From the NCBI GenBank assembly GCA_963783735.1, contig CAWAOO010000001.1, positions 326,295-350,294 on the forward strand: DNA of 24,000 nucleotides, in the 5' to 3' direction. Positions within the stretch are counted from its first letter, which is position 1; the number at the start of each line of letters is the position of its first letter. The stretch comes from an uncultured Actinomycetota bacterium. Lineage in GTDB: Bacteria > Actinomycetota > Actinomycetes > Actinomycetales > Dermatophilaceae. The notes below the pieces were generated by a model. The model did no database searches. It worked only from the letters and a program-made list of their open reading frames with translations, and was not told where the DNA came from. Shown here piece after piece: positions 16,592-24,000 of this stretch. Made by a program: the position numbers and the translations under genes.

Positions 16592-18127
16592 TCAGACGGT
16601 GAAGTCCACGCCCTGGGCGAGGGGAAGCTCACCGGAGTAGTTGACGGTGTTCGTCGCCCGGCGCATGTAGGAACGCCAGGCGTCCGACCCGGACTCCCGG
16701 CCGCCGCCGGTCTCCTTCTCCCCGCCGAACGCCCCACCGATCTCCGCGCCGGAGGTCCCGATGTTGACGTTGACGATGCCGCTGTCCGCCCCCTCGGCGG
16801 AGACGAACGCCTCTGCCTCGGCCTGGTCGGACGTGAACACGCTCGAGGACAGGCCCTGCGGGACGGCGTTGTTCAGGGCGACGGCCTCCTCGAAGTCGTC
16901 GTACGGCAGGACGTAGAGAACCGGCGCGAAGGTCTCCTGCCGGACGATCTCGGTCTGGGCGTCGATGCGGACGATGGCCGGCCGGACGTAGAAGGCGTCC
17001 GGAGCGGCCTCCTCGAGCTCGCGCGCGCCGCCGGCGACGAGCTTGCCGCCCTCGGCGTCGGCCCGCTCGAGGGCCCGCTCCATCCCCTCGTGGGCGGCGC
17101 GGTGGATGAGGGGCCCGACGAGGGTGCCCTCCGCCAGCGGGTTCCCGACGGGGAGGCGGTCGTAGGCCGAGACGAGGCGCTGGGTGAGGTCGTCGACGAT
17201 GCTGCGGTGGGCGATGACGCGCCGCATCGTCGTGCAGCGCTGCCCGGCGGTGCCGGCCGCGGAGAACACCACGCCGCGGGTCGTGAGGTCGAGGTCGGCG
17301 CTCGGGCCGACGACCGCCGCGTTGTTCCCACCGAGCTCGAGCAGGCACCGCCCGAACCGGGCCGCGACCCGGGGACCGACGGCCCGGCCCATGCGGGTGG
17401 ACCCGGTGGCGCTGAGGAGGGCGACGCCGGGGTGGTCGGTCAGGGCCTGACCGACGTCGGCGCCGCCGAGAAGGACCTGGCTGAGGTCGGCCGGGGCACC
17501 GCACTCGGCGATGGCCCGGGTGAGGAGGGCCTGGCTGGCGAGGGCGGTGAGGGGCGCGAGCTCGGAGGGCTTCCAGACGACCGGGTCGCCGCAGACGAGG
17601 GCGACGGCGGTGTTCCACGACCACACCGCGGCCGGGAAGTTGAAGGCGCTGATGACGCCGGCGACGCCGAGTGGGTGCCACGTCTCCATGAGCCGGTGCC
17701 CGGGGCGTTCGGAGGCCATTGTCCGGCCGTAGAGCTGGCGGGAGAGGCCGACCGCGAAGTCGCAGACGTCGATCATCTCCTGGACCTCACCGCGGGCCTC
17801 GGAGGTGATCTTGCCGACCTCGAGGCTGATGAGCCGGGCGAGGTCGTCCTTGTGGGCGGTGAGGAGCTCGCCGAGCCGCTTGACGAGGGCGCCGCGGACG
17901 GGCGCGGGCACCGAGCGCCACTCCCGGAAGGCGTCGGTGGCCCGCTCGACGGTGTCGTCGACCGCCAACCTGTCGGCCCACGTGACGTCGATGAGGCGCT
18001 CGCCGTTGACCGGCGACGTCGTCGCGACGTCTCCGGCGACCATGTCGACCCCGCACCGGCGCGCCGTCGCGAGGGCGAGCTCGTGGAGGGCCCCGGCGGT
18101 GGGGATGTCGTGCATCGTGGGGGGCAT
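16592..18127 (-). CDS. ALDH7-type aldehyde dehydrogenase (L-piperideine-6-carboxylate / alpha-aminoadipic semialdehyde dehydrogenase; Pcd/AmaB-like)
   Basis: 511 aa. Catalytic Glu in LELGGNNA and catalytic Cys in GTAGQRCTTMRR. The C-terminus IGGAFGGEKETGGGRESGSDAWRSYMRRATNTVNYS is the antiquitin/ALDH7 signature. AGGAG lies 5 nt before the ATG. Confidence 0.88.
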   Translation of the reverse strand: MPPTMHDIPTAGALHELALATARRCGVDMVAGDVATTSPVNGERLIDVTWADRLAVDDTVERATDAFREWRSVPAPVRGALVKRLGELLTAHKDDLARLISLEVGKITSEARGEVQEMIDVCDFAVGLSRQLYGRTMASERPGHRLMETWHPLGVAGVISAFNFPAAVWSWNTAVALVCGDPVVWKPSELAPLTALASQALLTRAIAECGAPADLSQVLLGGADVGQALTDHPGVALLSATGSTRMGRAVGPRVAARFGRCLLELGGNNAAVVGPSADLDLTTRGVVFSAAGTAGQRCTTMRRVIAHRSIVDDLTQRLVSAYDRLPVGNPLAEGTLVGPLIHRAAHEGMERALERADAEGGKLVAGGARELEEAAPDAFYVRPAIVRIDAQTEIVRQETFAPVLYVLPYDDFEEAVALNNAVPQGLSSSVFTSDQAEAEAFVSAEGADSGIVNVNIGTSGAEIGGAFGGEKETGGGRESGSDAWRSYMRRATNTVNYSGELPLAQGVDFTV

Positions 18128-18172
18128 GGGCGCTCCTCGGGTTGGGTGGTCGTCCGGGACGGTGGTTGGTGT

Positions 18173-19333
18173 CTAGACGATGGTGAGCTCGGGGCGGGGG
18201 CTCGCGTCGGTGAACCGGCTCGCGGTCAGCGAGGCGACGTCGACGGCGGGGGGCCGCCCGAGGTAGAGGTCGCGGACGACCTCGCCGACGGCCGGGCCCA
18301 TGAGGAACCCGTGCCCGGAGAAGCCGGTCGCGTAGAGGAATCGGGCGACCCCGTCGGCCTCGCCGACGAGGGCGTTGTGGTCGGGAGTCATCTCGTACAG
18401 GCCGGCCCAGCCGCCCCGGAGACCGGCCTCGCGGAGGGCGGGCGCGCGGCGCTCGACGGCCTCACCGAGTCGGGTGAGCCACGCGTCGGACCGGTCGAGC
18501 GCGAACCCGGGCGTCTCCTCGGGGTCGGACATGCCGAGGAGCAGGCCCTCCCCCTCGCCGTGAAAGTAGAACGAGGTCGTGAAGTCGATGGTGAACGGTG
18601 TCCGGGGGTCGAGGCCGGGGATCCTTTCTGTGGTGACGATCTGGCGCCGGAGGGGCTCGACCGGGAGGTCGACGCCCACCATGGCGCCGACCCCCCGGGA
18701 CCAGGCGCCGGCCGCGCAGACGACCGTGTCGGTTGCGACGACGCCGCGCTCGGTGACGACCTCGGTGAGACGTCCCCCGCTGGAGCCGATCGCCGTGACC
18801 CCGCAGTGGGGGAGGAGGTGGGCGCCCGCCCGTCGTGCCGCGCGGGCGTACCCGGCGACGACGCTCTCGGGAGTGCAGTGCCCGTCCGACGGGGAGTAGG
18901 CGGCCGCGAGCACCCCGTCGGTCCGCACGAGCGGGGAGAGCGCCGCCGCCTCGGCGACGCCGAGCATCCGCGAGGGCACGCCGAGCGCGTTCTGCAGGGC
19001 GACGTTCTCCTCGAACGCCACGACGTCCGCCGGGCGGTCGAGGAGGAAGAGGTAGCCGACCTGGTGGAGGTCGATCTCCTGGCCGAAGGTCTCCGCGAAG
19101 GTCTCGAAGACCCGCAGGCTGCGCGCCCCGAGCTCGACGTTGACGGCGTCGGAGAACTGGGCCCGGACCCCCCCGGCGGCCTTGCACGTGGACCCGGACC
19201 CGAGCGCGCCCCGCTCGAGCAGGACGACGTCGGTGACCCCGGCGCGCGCGAGGTGGTAGGCGGTGCTCAGTCCCACGACCCCGCCGCCGACGACGACGAC
19301 GGAGGCGCGGGGCGGGAGCGCGGTCCGTGCCAC
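18173..19333 (-). CDS. FAD-dependent oxidoreductase, DAO family (sarcosine-oxidase-beta / L-pipecolate-oxidase-like)
   Basis: Rossmann motif VVVVGGGVVGLSTAYHLARAG...LLERG, and the C-terminal GFSGHGFLMGPAVG motif. I chose the GTG at 19333 because it is preceded by GGAGG (5-nt spacing). The track start at 19468 would overlap the uvrA-like 3' end and add a Pro/Arg-rich leader. Confidence 0.8.
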   Translation of the reverse strand: MARTALPPRASVVVVGGGVVGLSTAYHLARAGVTDVVLLERGALGSGSTCKAAGGVRAQFSDAVNVELGARSLRVFETFAETFGQEIDLHQVGYLFLLDRPADVVAFEENVALQNALGVPSRMLGVAEAAALSPLVRTDGVLAAAYSPSDGHCTPESVVAGYARAARRAGAHLLPHCGVTAIGSSGGRLTEVVTERGVVATDTVVCAAGAWSRGVGAMVGVDLPVEPLRRQIVTTERIPGLDPRTPFTIDFTTSFYFHGEGEGLLLGMSDPEETPGFALDRSDAWLTRLGEAVERRAPALREAGLRGGWAGLYEMTPDHNALVGEADGVARFLYATGFSGHGFLMGPAVGEVVRDLYLGRPPAVDVASLTASRFTDASPRPELTIV

Positions 19334-19361
19334 GGGGGCCTCCGCTCGGGCTCGGGGTGGG

Positions 19362-19382
19362 ACCGGCGGGGGTCCCGCCGGT
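19362..19382 (-). terminator. Strong GC hairpin downstream of the uvrA paralog (possible I-shaped terminator or attenuator)
   Basis: ACCGGCGGG-ggt-CCCGCCGGT: a perfect 9-bp stem with a 3-nt loop. It lies 55 nt after the uvrA-like stop and 29 nt before the DAO-family start. There is no U-tract. Confidence 0.35.
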
Positions 19383-19436
19383 GGGGTGTCCAGGACCCAG
19401 TCTGGCCCGCGAGGACGGGAGAGGAAAGGTGCCCGC

Positions 19437-21827
<2,391 letters not shown>

Positions 21828-21864
21828 CCTGTCTCCGTCCTGAGAGCGGCCGCCCTCGCAGCAG

Positions 21865-21902
21865 GTCTCGTGCCCGACCGGCTGGAGTCTCGTGGCCCGA
21901 CC
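21865..21902. promoter_or_regulatory. Two direct repeats (15/16 bp) in the uvrA-paralog upstream region; candidate operator
   Basis: GTCTCGTGCCCGACC (21865..21879) and GTCTCGTGGCCCGACC (21887..21902), start-to-start spacing 22 bp. They lie 38-75 nt upstream of the ATG at 21827. Confidence 0.3.
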
Positions 21903-21946
21903 AGCCGACGCTAGTCGGCGCGGCCTCGTGCCGCCAGTGCCGGCCG

Positions 21947-22655
21947 TCAGGCTCGGAGGGGACGAGCGGGGATGCCCCCGACGCCGACGTTGATCGCGAT
22001 GTGCAGGACGGCTCGGGGTCGACCGCCTGCGCGGTCCCGGAGCATCCCGTCGAGCGCCCGCCGAAACTCCGTGACCTGCTCGTCGGTGAGCTCGGCGGCA
22101 ATCGCGGCGCCGAGCGCTGGGCAGCGCCGCGCGGACCCCGGCGACGACGAAGGTGAGGAACTCGACGTGCGGCGGCGGACCGAAGGACGAGGACGCGGCC
22201 ACCGGGCCGGGTGACCCGCGCCATCTCGCGGAGCCCGCGGGCCATGTCGCCGAACCCCCAGACGCCGTGCATGGACGCGGAGACGTCGAGGTCGAGGTCG
22301 AGGTCGTAGCCGTCCATCACCCGCGCGTCGACCGCGAGGCTCTCGTCCTGGGCGCGGGCGGTGAGCCGCTCCACCATGACCGGCGAGATGTCGGTGCCGA
22401 CCACCCGCGCGCCCCAGACGAGCGGCCCGGATCGCCAGCGCGCCGCTGCCCGCGGCGACGTCGAGGACCCGGGTCCCCGGCGGTGACGTCGTAACGGCGC
22501 AGCAGCGCGTCGCCGCGGGCGATGTGGAACGGTGTCAGGTGTTCGTCGAAGCCGGGTGCCACCCGGTCCCGGGCTGCCCGGACCTGCTCGGGCGTCGGTG
22601 CAGTGGGCGCGCGCGGTCCTGACGGGCTCCTGTGCGTTCGAGCGGAACTCGTCAC
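21947..22655 (-). pseudogene. Class I SAM-dependent methyltransferase (Methyltransf_11-like), disrupted by about four frame changes and a probable internal deletion
   Basis: The protein can only be followed by hopping frames. The segments are PTPEQVRAARDRVAPGFDEHLTPFHIARGDALLRRYDVTAG, then RVLDVAAGSGALAIRAARLG, then ARVVGTDISPVMVERL...MARGLREMARVTRPGGRVLV, then SSFGPPPHVEFLTFVVAGVRAALP, then LGAAIAAELTDEQVTEFRRALDGMLRDRAGG...*. The shifts fall near 22468-22478, 22405-22416, 22180-22190 and 22108-22125. Confidence 0.75.
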
Positions 22656-22692
22656 GACGCTAGGCAGCGAACAGCGGCGCCGCGTCAGGAGG

Positions 22693-22729
22693 ACGACCCA
22701 GATCGATGCGACCTCGTGAGATGGGTCGT
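22693..22729 (-). terminator. Hairpin just after the LuxR-type HTH stop codon
   Basis: ACGACCCA (22693..22700) pairs with TGGGTCGT (22722..22729): an 8-bp stem, extendable to about 10 bp with a G-U pair, and a 21-nt loop. It begins about 19 nt downstream of the TAG at 22748. Confidence 0.3.
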
Positions 22730-22747
22730 TCTGTCCAGAGGCGCCGA

Positions 22748-23610
22748 CTAGAGCTCGTGCTCGTACGCGTAGGCGGTGGCCGCGGCCCGGTTCGGCAGGC
22801 CGAGCCGGGTGAACATGTTGTTGAGGTGACGAGCGACGGTCTTCACGCTGATGACGAGCGCGTCGGCGATCTCCGCGTTGGTCAGCCCGGCGGCGACGAG
22901 CCGGATCACCTCGACCTCGCGTGCGGTCAGTCCGGCGGCGGCCTCCGGACGGCGCCGGCGGGCGCGCTCGTCGAGCGGCGCAAGGTCGGGTCGGGCGCCG
23001 ACCTCGCGAAGACCCTCGATGCGGCGGCCTCCTCCATCCGCGCGGTGTCGGTGTCGCCGAGACCTCGACACGCGGCCGCGAGCAGCACCTGGACCCGGGC
23101 GACCTCGTAGGGAGCCAGGAGCGACTTCCATGTCGTCCGGGAGCGGTGCAGGGCGGCGACGGTGCCGCGGGCGTCCCCCTCGGCGAGCAGCACCGCGCCG
23201 TCGGCCTGCGCCGACATCGCCCGCAGCAACGACACGGCGAGCATGATGTCGACGCATGCGGCGAGCACCCTCGCGCGGTCCCCAGAAGGTTGCGTCTCGC
23301 CGACGACGCGCCGGATGGCACCCGAGGCGCCTCCGATGCGTCTCTGCGCGAGCCGCAGCAGCGCCAACCCCGGATGTGCACCGCGTCCCCACCGGTTCGC
23401 CTGGGCGTACGCGCGCTCGGCCTCGGCGAAGTCGCCGCGCAGCCGGTGCAGCTCGGCTACGTGCTCATCCCGACTGGGCCGGGGCGAATGGGCGCCGGCG
23501 GGTGGCTCGCGGACCTGCGCCAGCTGGGACCGGTGGACGAGGCACTGGCCCCGGTAGGGCAGGAGATCCGGCTGCGCGTCGGACCAGTCGTTCAGGGCCA
23601 CCGTCCACTG
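22748..23610 (-). pseudogene. LuxR-family regulator remnant (TPR-like helical domain plus GerE/LuxR HTH) that is frameshifted and N-terminally truncated
   Basis: The HTH is intact in one frame: [61 protein letters not shown]. The preceding helical domain is in a different frame (ORF 22927..23781): [23 protein letters not shown]...[34 protein letters not shown]...[27 protein letters not shown]. The junction lies near 23001-23010 (...SRVFA / [11 protein letters not shown]...). Many codons rare for this genome occur here (cca, cat, agt, gta, aga, caa, tct). Confidence 0.65.
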
Positions 23611-23614
23611 CTGC

Positions 23615-23791
23615 GCTCGGCGCACTCGGTGCCGGCGGCGGCGACCACCCGGGCGGCGCGGCCGAGCCATCCTCCGCCCATGCGGGGGCGGTGGACTCGT
23701 CGAGGTAGGTGCCCGCGTTCTCGACGAGCGTCGTACGGACGCCGGAGGGGAGCTGATCCCACGCGCCCGGGCCGAACGCAACCTTCTCCAC
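23615..23791 (-). pseudogene. Alpha/beta-hydrolase fragment fused by deletion to the LuxR remnant
   Basis: [31 protein letters not shown] resembles the W..LP..R..L..NA.TFLDE segment of alpha/beta-fold hydrolases. It appears to continue after a frameshift as [16 protein letters not shown]. There is no recognisable N-terminal catalytic part (a stop lies upstream in frame) and no C-terminal end. Confidence 0.35.
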
Positions 23792-24000
23792 CCAACCCCG
23801 ACGTCGCCCGCTCCTACCGGCTGCTCCTCACCGAGGACGCAGCCCGGTCCCCGAGAACGCCGGCGCCCGCTTCCTCCCCGTGCTGGAGGATGTCGAGACC
23901 GCGTTGGGGCGGTCCGCCAGGACGGTCCAGCGCGCGTTGGCGGCGGCTGCGTCGGGCGCTCGCCTCTGCGCGACCCCGCGCGCCAACCACCTGAAGCCCG

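Noticed and set aside
21828-22202. Upstream extension of the UvrA-like ORF (track start 22202)
   Set aside because: The UvrA homology begins at MSTATD.. (ATG 21827, with a GGAG RBS). The extension contains FGPPPHVEFLTFVVAGVRAALPS, which is a fragment of the decayed methyltransferase read through by chance.
23757-24000. Open plus-strand frame at the right edge with very high GC3 (...[39 protein letters not shown]...), possibly the 5' end of an HTH-type gene starting at GTG 23880
   Set aside because: There is no ATG, no RBS, no stop in the window and no motif I can assign. It could equally be another remnant of the decayed region, so the evidence is insufficient to report it as a feature.

Overview
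Very GC-rich (roughly 73-75% by eye), densely coding, Actinomycetota-type chromosomal window. I found no rRNA, tRNA, CRISPR array, IS element or integrase. Most long ORFs in the six-frame track are Arg/Pro/Gly-rich mirror frames of the real genes. Layout: (1) 1-12.1 kb holds two divergent, translationally coupled operons for a cell-envelope glycopolymer. The minus operon encodes a GT4 with a helical N-terminal extension, a WecC-like nucleotide-sugar dehydrogenase, an ABC-2 permease, an ABC ATPase with a tandem-repeat tail, and a second GT4 that runs off the left edge. The plus operon encodes WecB, a two-domain CgeB-like/GT2 glycosyltransferase, and then an uncharacterised cassette: an ACAD-fold flavoprotein, a fused PIG-L deacetylase::NodS-like methyltransferase, and a small GT2. 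(2) 12.1-14.8 kb (minus strand) holds a clear heliorhodopsin whose start lies 34 nt after the stop of an OsmC peroxiredoxin gene, preceded by a Tat-exported sulfite-oxidase-family molybdoenzyme. (3) 14.9-21.8 kb holds a long-form (PsiD-like) pyruvoyl decarboxylase of the PSD family, a 57-aa PLDc_N-type membrane peptide missing from the ORF track, a DAO-family FAD oxidase plus ALDH7-type dehydrogenase pair (pipecolate/lysine catabolism), and a UvrA paralog lacking the UvrB-binding domain. (4) 21.9-23.8 kb is a gene graveyard containing a multiply frameshifted SAM methyltransferase, a frameshifted and truncated LuxR-type regulator, and an alpha/beta-hydrolase fragment. The most interesting items are the heliorhodopsin with its redox-themed operon context, and the ACAD / PIG-L::NodS-like / GT2 cassette, whose logic resembles Nod-factor tailoring. 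All family calls come from motif recognition by eye and recalled sequences, not from searches.
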